64,000 bases of DNA from assembly GCF_009914755.1 (NCBI RefSeq), contig NC_060931.1; one strand, written 5' to 3'. The translations under genes were made by a program, and so were the position numbers. The DNA comes from the human T2T-CHM13v2.0 reference genome, Homo sapiens. Each line of letters opens with the position of its first letter. The first letter of the stretch is position 1. The notes under the pieces are model-generated. The model made no database searches. It was not told the origin of the DNA and saw only the letters and a program-made list of their open reading frames with translations. This document shows positions 30,780-54,306 of this stretch, in pieces.

Positions 30780-31040
30780 TGTATGTGTGGCTTGACAGCT
30801 ACACCAGCTTCCACCTCTGTCTTCACATGGCTTTCTCCCCTCTGGGTCTCTTCTCCACTTCTTGTAAGAATATCAGTCTTATTATATGTGAACCCACCCT
30901 AATCCACTGTGAACTCATTTTAACTAATCACATATAATTTTTTAGAAATCACACCCTATCTCCAAAAAAGATCACAATCACAGGTACTGTGGGTTAGGAC
31001 TTCAACACTCCTTCTAGGGGGACACAAGTCAACACACGAG
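30780..31040 (-). mobile_element. MLT1 (MaLR) LTR fragment
   Basis: gtcttcacatggc...cttgtaagaatatcagtc...gggttaggacttcaaca...gggggacacaa is the reverse MLT1 pattern. Confidence 0.65.
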
Positions 31041-31089
31041 AAGATCTAAGCCAAAAATGGGGTGGGGGTGTCCCACCTCTAGAGAGTGA

Positions 31090-34880
<3,791 letters not shown>

Positions 34881-35127
34881 TTAGTACTGTGTAAGTTTCC
34901 CCATATAATGGAAAATAGAGCTTTAAAACACAGCCTTAATTCTCCAACAGCTTACATTACCATTAAGTTGGAGAGAGAGGGGAACACTCACTGCACAAAC
35001 AGTAAACAAACAAAAAACACTACAAACACACATATACTAACCTATAAAATGAGGCTGATCATCCCTGACACACATGCCTCAGATGTGCTACAAGGATCCA
35101 AAGGGACTTACATACATCTTAAGCAAA

Positions 35128-35237
35128 GTTCTCTTGGATTTATCTACATATTTATTGTGGACTTATTATTATTTATTATTTATTGTAGATTTATCCACAT
35201 ATTTATTGTTCTCTTGGATTTATCCACATATTTATTG
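35128..35237 (+). repeat. Local imperfect tandem duplication of a ~30-nt unit (GTTCTCTTGGATTTATC[T/C]ACATATTTATT)
   Basis: Two full copies and one partial copy are visible. Confidence 0.7.
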
Positions 35238-36030
35238 CTAGGAACCTTTCTAGGAATTTAGGATACATTAATGAGGACACAAAGGTTCTGCTCTTGGTTT
35301 ACAGTTCAACAAGGCAAGGGGATATTGGTAATCAACAATATCCCCTATATTTAAGAAGTGTAGGACTTGTAGCCCCAGCTACTGGGGAGGCTGAGGTGGG
35401 AGGATCACTTGAGCACAGGAGGTTGAGGCTGCAGTGAGCCGTGATCCTGTCACTGAACTCCAACCTGGGCAACAGAATGAGACTCTGTCTCAAAATAAAT
35501 AAATAAATAAATAAATAAAAATTTAAAAGGCTATGCTAGAAGATGTTAAGTGCTACAGAGAAAACAAGGCACAGGCCAAGGTCAGGTGTGCTGAGAATGG
35601 TGGTGGGGAGCGCAGAGCAGGTTGGCTGGAGAAAGGGCCGTGTTAGTACTGGTTTGGAAGGAGGTGAAGGCAGGAGCTATATGACTACCAGGGGAAGACT
35701 GCCGCAGGCATAGCCGGGGCAAAGGCCCTAACGTACCCAGGGACCAACAGGGAGGCCCGAGTGGCTTGAGCAAGAGAGTGATCAGTGAGTAGGAGAAGGC
35801 AGCAGGAGAAGCTAGAGACGACTGAACTTTACAGGCCACAAAAGACTAAGGCTTTGGGGGAGGAAGAGGAAGAGAAAAAAAATAAAAATAAAAAAGATTT
35901 TTTAAAAAAAGGTTCTGGCTGTTCTTATTCTAGAGGATGGGGTAGCCATGAAAGGGCCCTGGGTGCAGGGTGACAGGCCTGTCTATGTTACCGGCTGCCA
36001 GGCTGAGAATAGACAAGGGATCACAAACGC
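35230..36030 (-). mobile_element. L2 fragment interrupted by an Alu right monomer (~35365-35520)
   Basis: L2-like gggaggcccgagtggcttgagcaagagagtga...ttattctagaggatggggtagccat; (AAAT)n Alu tail. Confidence 0.55.
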
Positions 36031-36499
36031 TCCATTATCTAGCCTTATATTCAGGAAAACAACAACAAAGGCTCAGACCTGGGCAATAGTACCAGCAGCA
36101 ATGGCATGTGGCTGGACTCTCAAAAGCATCTGTGAAGGACTGCAACAGACTGCACAAAGTGTCTACAGACACAAGCCAAAATAAGTTCAAGTTTTCCAGG
36201 TTCAATCAGTTGCTCCTGTCTCAGATAGGGAGGTCTGTGGGTAAAGCAAGACTTGAGGGAATCGTGAGCAAATTGGCACTGACAGACTGGCCCGAGACCC
36301 CTACCCTTGGATATGCTAAGCCAGCACGTGAGCTGGAAGGGGTTTGGAGAGCTAATAAAGGCAATCCTTCAACGCGTATAGGAGAGACCACTGTCGGCAA
36401 CTTCCCTAAAGATACATGCTCTACAACCTCCACCTGACACCACAGTGTACTCACAACAAAGACAGAATCAACTTGCATTTTCTCCATAATGCAAAGAAA

Positions 36500-39046
<2,547 letters not shown>

Positions 39047-40339
39047 ATTAAATCCTTTAAAGGAAGAGTTCCTTCTAAGTTATTCCATTTTCAGGCATTT
39101 TTTGTTAAGCCATAATTGAAGGTATCGTCCACTCTGTCAACACAGCTTCTTACTCACGTGGGCCATGTGAGCCCATCCTTACTTCAGCTTTATCAAAGGG
39201 TTCTGGAAGATACTGCATGTGTTCTGTAATCACAACAAAAACTACAGAATCCAACACTTTTGTTTGTGCCTCAGCAACCAAATTTAAACCAACTATAATC
39301 ATCCTGAATTGGGTCATTTTGCATTTTATCTTAAACTGCTTAGCCAGGCCTAGGAGCCCTCCTCTCTATACTAGAAATAACAGTCCTTATTGAATAGGTT
39401 GCTGTGAAGATTAAATAACTTAATATACGCAACAGCATTTAGAATAGGGCCTGACAGCACACTTGTTGGGGGTGGGCAGGATCTAAATTTAAAAGAACAT
39501 TCCCTAGGACTGGAAAGTCCCTGTCACTCGTGGTTCCGGATGAGAGGCTCTCCCCTGAGCTGGGGTGGGCTCTTCAGTCCATCCCCATGGAGAGGTCAAC
39601 GGCATGGCTGTTGCATCCCATGAAGTCCTGGTGCACTCTGCCACCCATGGGCAGGTGAGTGAAGTTTGGAGAGCTGTCCTAAAGAACCAGGGACACTTCT
39701 GGCCTTTTCTATCCCTGCTAGTTCTCCCGTACGTCCAGCGTAGGGAACACTCTGGGTGGCTGCTGGCTTTTTGGGCAATCCCACATCCGTGAGCAGAGAG
39801 CCAATACAAAGTCTCAGTCCTGCTGGCAAAGCTAGGTCCCTTCTGCAGAAGTCACAGCAGCTACTGAGCAAGATAAGGGTCCTGCTGGACTTCTCCCAAG
39901 AGCAAAGATACATCTTGAGTTCTTAATGCTTCCTTCTCAGTGTGGTTTACGGGGCCCCCTTTCCCCTTCCCCCAGTGTGGCCAGAGGACCCATCTTTCAC
40001 CCAGTGTAGAGGGCCTGTGAGCTCTAGGGCTGTGGCCTGGCCCATTCAGACCAGGCCGGGCCTCCAGTGGGAAAGCTGAGCCTTTCCCTTCCCATAAAAT
40101 GACAGTGGTGGGAGAGAATCTTCCTGGACAGCAAAGACAAAAGGTTAAAAGTCAAGTCAGGTACTTTTGACAGCCAATGGATGTTAATGGGGGTGCTTTC
40201 AGCTTCCAAGGTAGATGAGTCCTTGAGAATTCCCAGGAGCCGAGATGTTCCTGAGAGGAGCAGCCAGGAGGGTGGATGAGGTCTCCAGCTGAATGTTTAA
40301 AGGAACAGTGGGCTGGGGAAAGGACCTGAGGAGGTCACT

Positions 40340-40495
40340 GGGGAGGAGAGAGGAGCAGGCGAGAGGAAAGAAAAGGAGTGGAGGGGAGGAACGGAGACAG
40401 AACAGAGAAGGGAGGAGGAGAGGGAGGAGGAGGGGAAGGGAAGGGGGAGGAGAAGATGGTGGAGAGGGAGGAGGAGGGGGGAAGAAGAGGGGCAG
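40340..40495 (+). repeat. Purine-rich (GGA/GGGA) low-complexity tract
   Basis: About 155 nt almost free of pyrimidines. Confidence 0.85.
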
Positions 40496-42970
40496 GTGCC
40501 AAGGTGCGTGTGCCCTCCTTCCTCAGGCAAGGACTCAGTCCACAGAGGAACAACTGGCCTTGGGTTTGTCGTCCAGTGATGGCTTCTCCTCTACCCCAAT
40601 TAGCCACACATTCCTGGGTTTCAATCAGTCACCTCATCCACTACCATGAGTCCCACCTCTATATAGCTAAGCATTCTCCACAGCCCCACTCGGACCCCAC
40701 AGGTCCTTCCACCCATTCTGTGTCCGAGCTCCTCCCTTCTAGGGCAGGTCTTACTCCATTTCTCCTGGCCAGAAAGGGACCATATTTTCTGAAACAAAGC
40801 GCTGAGGAGTGAGAGTTACTTATGGAGATCAACTTACTCACTTGCTGTTACCCACTGGATCAAAGAAAAAAGCGGAATCTTTCTAAGGGAATACAGAGGT
40901 CAGGGATGAAGTTTCTATCTTTAAAGACCGGGTAAGCGAAGATGCCATTAGCATCCTATTTCTTGACTCAATTATTCCATCAGGCAGGCAAAACTTTTCA
41001 TGTATGATGTCATCATGTGTTGGGAGGTACAGAGAATCCTTAAAATCTGGTGGTGGCAGGGAAGGTGGTACAATCATTTAAGAGGATCATTTGGCAGCAT
41101 CAAGTTACAACAGGCAGGAAGAACAAAAAACAAAAGCAGGCCCTCTGCTCAAGCAGTCCAAGTCTTTGCAGGTACTCTACATGTCCAGAGTGAGACACAG
41201 ATGGGCAGCATTATCTTAGAGAAAACCGGGAACATTCTTAACTGAATAATGTAACCATGCCATGGAATATTATATGTCTGTCAAAATGTAGGTAGACTGG
41301 GCACTGTGTAATGTGCTTATAATTCCAGCAATTTGGGAGGCCGAGACAGGAGGATGGCTTGAGCCCAGGAGTTCAAGATCAACATAGGCAACATAATGAG
41401 ACCCCCATTGCTATTAAAAAAAAAAAAGAGAGAGAGAGAGAAAGAGAAAGAGAGAAAAAAAATGTAGGTAAATCAAAAACAAAAAACAAATGTATGTGGA
41501 TCTGTTCCTTGTTCTGGCATGGAAAGAATTTCAAGGCATATTGTTGGGCAAATAAGCAAGCTGCAGAACAGTATGATAGCATTTATGTAAAAACAGAGCA
41601 AGGAACAAACTTAGTATGTAAATGCAAAGGAAAACATCTGTCAGGGTACCCCCCCAAACTCAGATGGGAGGGAGGAGGGATGCTAGTTGTTTCTGTAAAG
41701 CTGTCACTCTGATAAGAATAAGTGACTATTTAAAATCTTTTTAAGATTTTAAGATCGGTGGTCTATGTAAAGCCAATTATACTTGATCTTTATTTATTGT
41801 TTTTCAAATTATCCATCAGTAACAATCTGAAAAATATAGACTTCACACAGCTAACCCAGGTTAAAGAAACTTGAGGAGCTGTATCTAGTGTAGTTGGAAA
41901 TGAAAATCTGGAAATTTAGGATGAATAGTTGTAACATTGTTAAGGATAAGAGCCCCTTTGAAAATCTGTTGAAAGCTACAGACCTTGTGCCCAGGAAAAT
42001 TACACACTACTCCCAATGCTGCATACAATTTCAGAGAACAAAGGGACCCCCAGAAGCCCATCCATGAATCATGGAGCCTAAGTTAAGAACCTCTGATTCA
42101 GACAACAGTTAAAGCCACTAAAACAGATGTGACCATGCAGAGAACATGTGTTGGGACTAGCGGAGATGGATTATAGAGCCCAAGGAAACCCCAACAGTGA
42201 AAGAGCAGGCAGAGGAGCTGGCAGACAAGGAAGATCTGGGCAGTTGTGAGACAGCCAAGCAAGGGGCAAAGACAAGAGATGAGCTGTTGAGTGAGGCCTG
42301 TTCGAAAGAGGGGAGATGGCAGCATGAGCTGCTCCCTGTCTTCTGCCCTCTCTGCCGTCTCTATACTGCTGTCACATTGATTCTCTGAGAGCTCCACCAA
42401 TGCAAATAGTGTCATTTACCTTCAGCGAGTGGTGGGCAGTGAGTCCACAAACGGGACCAGGTCCCATCATCTGGTCCCAGTCTCATCCTCTGAACTTGTC
42501 TCCACTTAGCTCCAAACACACTGGGCCATGGGGCATTTCTCAAACACATCTTTTCCTTTGATGCCTTCATTTCCTTTGATTGCCATTTCCTTTATTTAGC
42601 ACAATGCCTGGCATATTCATAAGGTCCTCAAAAATGGTCAGCGTTTCTTCTTTCCTTCCCAACTCATGGAGATTGTCACTTAATAAAAACATCAATTTGG
42701 AGACTCCTCTATGACTAGCCCAGTCCAGATCACCAGTCCCTTCCCATCCCTGCCCTTTATCTGTGGACTTGCTCCCTAAGATACCTAGTGCAGTAGCTTA
42801 AATGTTTGCTAGCTGGCTGACTGAGATAGCCCTGAGGGTCTCAGAAAGCACTGTCTTCCTAGCTAGACTCTGATCTACCAGGGAAGCCTGTAGAAGTGGA
42901 CACTTAGGAGCTATGTCTGCCAGTGTACATAATATGTGCATAGCTTACCCCACAAAATGAAATAAAGCAA

Positions 42971-43252
42971 CAGTCATGAGTCACTTAACAACAGGGATAC
43001 ATTCTGAGAAATGTGTCATTTGGCAATTTGGTCCTTGTGTGAGCATCATAGGGCAAACTTACACAAACCTACATCGTAAGGTGTACTATGCACCTAGGCA
43101 ATATGGTACAGCCTGTTGCTCTTAGGCTACAAACCTGTACAGCATGTTACAGTATGAATACTGTAGGCAACTAACACAATGATAAGTATTTGTGCATGGG
43201 ACCACTGTCATATAACGTGGTCCTCCGCTGTCATTTTGTGGTGCATGACTTG
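42971..43252. mobile_element. Tigger3/MER7-family DNA transposon derivative
   Basis: Inverted termini CAGTCATGAG... and ...GTGCATGACT; internal taggctacaaacctgtacagcatgttac. Confidence 0.75.
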
Positions 43253-44254
43253 TATACTAAAGGTTTTGAGACCTCAGCTTTTGCAATGGATATCCCGCAG
43301 AAAATTATAGATTACAAACTGCAGACTCATGGGGGTCACACAAATAATCACAACCGCAAATACCAAATGTCACCAACTACTGGGACACAGTTTAAGCCCT
43401 ACTGGCTCACAGAAACACCAGTGAAGCATTAAGTCCACCTCTGACCCATGTCTACAAAGTAGTGTACTTGGGCACCAAATGCACCACTATTTTTTTTTTT
43501 TTTAAAGCTTCGTTCAGGGCAGCCCCACACAGGTTCAGCCACCCTCAACATTGCCTCCAGGAGGCTTCTGCCCCACCCTTTCCTGACAAGGGGGAAAGGA
43601 ATGCTGCAGGACCTTGAACCCCTAGGTCAATCAGCCTGGCCTTCCCAGGGATGGTTCCCTGCTTACTCTATTCATGAGCTCAAAGTGCTGGGTAGTCAGC
43701 TGGCAATGAAAAGGCCTGGTCCCGGAAATGACCACTGCCCCAAAGCCTAGAAAGACAGCAGGCGGGGTTCAAATTCAGCTTGCTTCATTCAGGCCCACTG
43801 TACTGAGCCAAATCACCCCAGGGCATGGCTCAGGCCTCATCTGGAGGAGGCACGAAATCCATGATCCCGGCCCCTTAGCACCGTCCCCTCCCCACCCCTA
43901 CCACTGAACACACACCTGTAAAGCTCTTTGGGAACTGTTCTGAATGGCTATCACAGCCACTAGATCCAAGACCCTCTGAATGATGGGTAACAGTCAAAGA
44001 AGAATTTTAACAACTAAAGCGATGACCTTGAGCCTAATTTCTTTCTTTGTAAAATGAAAGTGTTGGACTGTCATTCCCAAATTTCAGTACTAGTAAAATT
44101 ATCAAAACAAAAAACAAAAAAATAATGAATTACTGAGGTTTTAGTTTGCCAAGTGAGAATTTTTTCTCAAAAATTACAAACTATATGTGTCGCCATCATT
44201 TCCTAAAAGGAATAACATTTAAATCAAAAAAGTTGAAAAGAGGTAATATCAAAA

Positions 44255-45160
44255 TAAGCGCAGCCACCCCAAGGCAGGCCGGTAGGCAATGGCCCCGACC
44301 AAGGAGATCCCGGAGCGGCTCTCCGGCTGTCAGCAAAGGGTCTGCATCTGCCCGGATCCTGACATTCTGGGTACGTCTCAACGACGCGGCAAACAAGCGT
44401 CCACTCCCAACGCGAGCAAGTTTAAAACCCAGGAACATCGATACCAGGCGCCGGAGTGAAGCATTTCCAGGCCTCCGCGGGTTGCCCCGGGCCGCGGCGA
44501 GGACCCGCACCCCGGTTCCCCAGCCGCTCGCCGGGCCCTCGCTCCCGCCGCGCCCCGGGCACCTCCGGGCCTCGCGCCCTCCCCGGATCCCCTAGGCCCG
44601 CGTACCCGGACCCCCGCATCCCGGGGGACCGCTGTCCTCCGCCGGCGCCCCCGCCCGCCCCCCACGCCCGCGCGGCCGCGTCCGCCCAAGGTCGGCGCGA
44701 GCGGGCCGTGGGCCTGGTGGGCCTGGCGGGCGGGGGCGCCCCTGGCCGGGTCCGGGCCGCATCCCAGACCAGAGCCCGCAGGCCAGAGCCGCTCCGGGTC
44801 CCGCTCCCGTTCCTGCCGGCAGCCGCGGGGGCGCAGGGCCTGCGAGGCGGCACTCACCCGGGCGACGCCATGAGCGCAGCGAGGTCTCCGCTCCCGCCTC
44901 CTTCGCTTCCTCCGCGCGGCCGCGGCTCGGCGCCGGGGAGGGGCCTGGCCCGCCGGCCGCCCGCCCGCTCCGGGACGCGCTCCAGGGGTGGAGGTGGGGT
45001 GAGGTGGGGTAAGGTGGGCCCGGGGTCCTCTCGGAGCAGCCCGGGGACAGCTGGGGCGGGGTGGGGGCGGGGCGGCCCAGGTCAGCCCGCAGCCCGCCCA
45101 ACGCCCACCTGCCCAGGTGCCTGGAGGCCGGAACTCGCCGGGCGGTGCCTGCGGTGCCAA
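44255..45160. promoter_or_regulatory. CpG island / URGCP promoter and first exon
   Basis: Very high GC and CpG density around the URGCP ATG; tandem GC boxes at 45053-45075. Confidence 0.92.
44858..44871 (-). CDS. URGCP: URGCP coding exon 1 (start)
   Basis: ctcATG GCG TCG CCC GG|gtgagt = MASPG. The phase-2 end fits the exon 2 and exon 3 acceptors. Confidence 0.88.
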
Positions 45161-45568
45161 AAGCTGCAGGATAACCTGCCCCAGGGCCTTACTGAACTTC
45201 ACACCTTTCTGTAATTGGAGTTTAATTTCTGTAAGAAAAGGCTTTTCTTTAGCCCTGAAGCGTAAGGCCTTATTATTAAGCAAAACAATAACTTTCCTAC
45301 TTCTTACTTGCAGTGCTGTGTTGGACGAGTTGCTGGCCTCTCTGAGACGGTACCCATTGTAAAATGTGTATAAAGTGGCCTTGTGAAGCTCTAGGCAATG
45401 CGAAGCACTTTTATTATTCTTTATAGTGTGTTATTAAGTAAAAATAATGAATCTGCAGTTCCTCCAGTGAGGTTTCACAACTATTCTTACAAGTTATGAG
45501 TCCTTAGGCAGGTAGATTTTTCAGCTTCAGTTCTTCTCTCTGCAAAATGAGTTTCCAAAAATGATCTA

Positions 45569-45817
<249 letters not shown>

Positions 45818-46725
45818 TCATTAACAACCACTATTTAAAAATGTTTACTACTATTAAGAATACAAGACAGCAAAGCAGTGATTAAAACCTTAGCTCTGAA
45901 GCCAGAATACCTGTGTTGGAATCTGGGCTCCACCAATTACCAGCCCCAGGAGCCCCTGCAAGATAGAACCTTTCCAGGGCCACAGTTCCTTATTTGAAAA
46001 ATAAGGCTAAAAATAAGTCCCTTCCTCTCTGTGAAGATTAAATGAATTAATATTTGTAAACATTTGTAACTATTTTTAAATGTTAGTAAACATTGCGTGA
46101 TGCATGGTCTCTTTTCCTCCTGGGAGAATCCAGTCAATGTTTCTGAGCCTCCTTGTCCTCTTCGGTAAAGAAATTCATAACTGCTACCTTGAGTTCAGAA
46201 GATAATTAATGCTCTGTAAATGGGAGCTGATAGGTAAAGCCACGCGAACTTGTGACACCCAAAATAAGGACAAATCCAGGAGGACCAGAGTTAGGAAGAG
46301 TTTGAGGAATGGGAAATCCTAAATCCTAAATGCCTGATTCAAGGGAGTAATGAAATGAAGGAGATCAAACTAAAAGAATTTTTTCTTTGTTTGTTTGAGA
46401 CAGGGTCTTGCCCTGTCACCCAGGCCAGAGTGCAATGGCGAGATCTTGGCTCACTGCAACCTCCACTTCCCAGGTTCAAGCAATTCTGCCTCAGCCTCCC
46501 AGTAGCTGGGACTACAGGCGCCCACTACCACACCTGGCTAATTCTTCTATTTTTAGTAGAGACAGGGTTTCCCCATGTTGGTCAGGCTGGTCTCAAACTC
46601 CCAACCTCAGGTGATCTGCCTGCCTCAGCCTCCCAAAGTGCTGGGGTTACAGGCGTGAGCCACCATGCCTGGCCTAAATAAGCATTCTTTTAAACATAAG
46701 GAATACATGTTTACTGACATAAAAT

Positions 46726-47225
46726 CTGGTTCAGAAACCAATAACCCCAAAATATGGCACTTTAACAAGCTGAACTGAAGAAGTCTCAAGGTCTCTCTGA
46801 TCTCCCTCCCCACTGGTTTCTCCCAAAACAGAAAATGTCTTTATCTGCTTAAAGTCCAGACCCTCCAAGGAGAACAACTGTTTTTCTTGCCCTCCCTGTA
46901 AGACCAAGAATGTAACCACACCTGAAAAGACCCTTTCATAGGATAGCGTACAAGTTAATCTCTGTGCCCTGATCCATTCCTTCTCCCTAGTAATCCTTTA
47001 TTGCCCCTTGAAAGAATTCCTCTTTCTCCCCTCCTGTAAGTTGTTTTGCCAAGATGGTCTACAAGCTTCTGAACCTTGTTGGGTGGTGGGAAATCATTCT
47101 GTAATTCTCCCTGTGCACACATTCATAAAATTTGTATGCCTTTTCTTCAATTAATCTGCTTTTTGTGAGTTGATTTTTCAGTAAATCTTCAGAGGGCAAG
47201 GAGAAACTTTCCCGTGGCCCGTACA
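46726..47225 (+). mobile_element. ERV1 solo LTR (MER39-like)
   Basis: GGTTCAGAAACCAATAACCCCAAAATATGGCACTTT...CTGAACTGAAGAAGTCTCAAGGTCTCTCTGA start; ends GTGGCCCGTACA. Confidence 0.7.
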
Positions 47226-47459
47226 CTTAACATGAATTTTAGCATCCCACTATATGGTTAGACCATCATGTTTAACCAACCCCTACTGTTGGACATAAAT
47301 ATTGCTACCAGTATTTCATTATTATAAGGAATGTGAGTAATAAATATCCTTATAGCCAAAACATCCCATAAACATCAATGATTATTTCCTTATGCCAAAT
47401 TTTGAAGAGTTGAATTTCTAGATCAATAGGATATCAGTATTTTAAGGCTCTTCTGAAAC

Positions 47460-47630
47460 ATATATACTCTGTGTATGTGTATGTGTATACCTACACACAT
47501 ACACAAACACACTAATATACATATACTTAAATACATAATACACATACACACATATGTATACATATACCTACACACATATATACAGACACACAAATATACA
47601 CATACACAACATATACACACATATATACAG
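47460..47630. repeat. Degenerate (CA/TA)n microsatellite
   Basis: Alternating purine-pyrimidine run catacacatatgtatacat... Confidence 0.85.
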
Positions 47631-47719
47631 ATTGCCTTCCCAGCACAATCACCTGATAGTCCTAGTTTTCCAAAACACTGTGTAACTTTTACAATTTTTC
47701 AAAATCATTGCCAACTTCA

Positions 47720-52820
<5,101 letters not shown>

Positions 52821-52869
52821 GTTTAATTATGTGTCAGTGTGGATCTCCTCTCTGAGTTCATCTCACTTG

Positions 52870-52960
52870 TGTTAGAGGCATTTGAATCACAGCAACTCCA
52901 TCTTGAATAGAGGCTGAGTAAAATAAGGCTGAGACCTACTGGACTGCATCCCCAGATGGT
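52870..52960 (+). mobile_element. MER41 LTR 5' fragment (~90 bp)
   Basis: TGTTAGAGGCATTTGAATCACAGCAACTCCATCTTGAATAGAGGCTGAGTAAAATAAGGCTGAGACCTACTGG matches the MER41 start. Confidence 0.75.
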
Positions 52961-53136
52961 TTTGTTCCTCAGATTTGGTAATTTCCATTGTTCTATCTCC
53001 AAGTTCACAGATTCTTTTCTCTGTTCAAATTTGCTTTGAATCCCTCCAGTGCATTTTTTATTTGTTATTATACTTTTCAGCTCCAGAATTATTTTTCGGT
53101 TTCTTTGTAGGTTTTCTATCTCTTTACTGATACTAC

Positions 53137-53556
53137 TGATAGAGATAGGAGACAGCCATATGCCGCACAGGTCATGGTGCACAGGGTACTTCCCTAAACA
53201 TGCCCATGGTGAAAAATTCTGTCCCTTAACACAAATGCAGTAAGGGAAATCAATGTGGAGTGGCTCAGACTAACGGCCCGCATGCGCACTGAAGAATGGG
53301 GGTGGAGCCACCAGGAATTCACCCCTTATGCTGGGAGAGGAGCCTGGCCTCTTCAGCTCATGTGTGTTGGCCTGGTATTCAATCTGTGAGGTGGGAGCCT
53401 GTTGGCAGGACCCTCTCTTTTTTGCTGAGATGAGAGCTTTCTTTTAATAAATTCTGCTCTCCTCACCTTTCACAGGTGTCTGTGTGCCTAATTTTTCCTA
53501 GTTGTGAGACAAGAACCCAGATTTAGTGGAGCTAAGGAGCAAAAAATCCTGCATCA
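53137..53556 (+). mobile_element. ERV1 5' LTR (MER61-like)
   Basis: TG...CA termini (TGATAGAG...AAAAATCCTGCATCA), AATAAA at ~53446, followed by a PBS. Subfamily from memory. Confidence 0.72.
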
Positions 53557-53559
53557 TTT

Positions 53560-53577
53560 TGGTGGCCCATACAGGGA
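53560..53577 (+). promoter_or_regulatory. Primer binding site, tRNA-Ile(AAT) type
   Basis: TGGTGGCCCATACAGGGA versus the tRNA-Ile 3' complement TGGTGGCCCGTACGGGGA: two CpG-type G>A changes. Confidence 0.72.
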
Positions 53578-54015
53578 CATGAGGAGGGATGAGTAAAATG
53601 CACACCAAAAAAATCTGTTTCCCTTTCCTTTTTGAGCTTTCTTGTCCTCAGCCTTCTTCTGAGGATAGAGGAAACTGCACCCCCTCACCCCATTGCTCTC
53701 AGGGACTGGGAATGTCAGCCTTGGTCCAACTCAGCCTTTTCTATGGCATTTTCCTTCTGTTTGCAGGACTGTAATGGCACTTATCTTTTACAATATTGGG
53801 GGTATTCCACCCCCACCTCAATGGCTGCAGATGCATGCATGGGACGGACAGGCAAGTGGTGGCTCCCTGCCCCTCCCAGCTGGGGCTGGGGCTCATGGCC
53901 CAAGGGCCCCATGCAGCTGTCTGTCCAGTGTTCCACACCACATACCATGGAGTCTTCCCCTCCTCCTGCTGAGGGGTCCAGCTCAGTCCAAACCCCAGGG
54001 TAGAAACAGCAATTA

Positions 54016-54306
<291 letters not shown>

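Noticed and set aside
35128-35237. ~30-nt repeated unit as a CRISPR-like array
   Set aside because: Only 2-3 adjacent copies without unique spacers, in eukaryotic DNA; a simple local duplication.
44146-45362. Long ORFs (301, 252, 169 aa) across the URGCP CpG island
   Set aside because: Stop codons are rare in very GC-rich DNA; the products are low-complexity R/P/G/A sequence.
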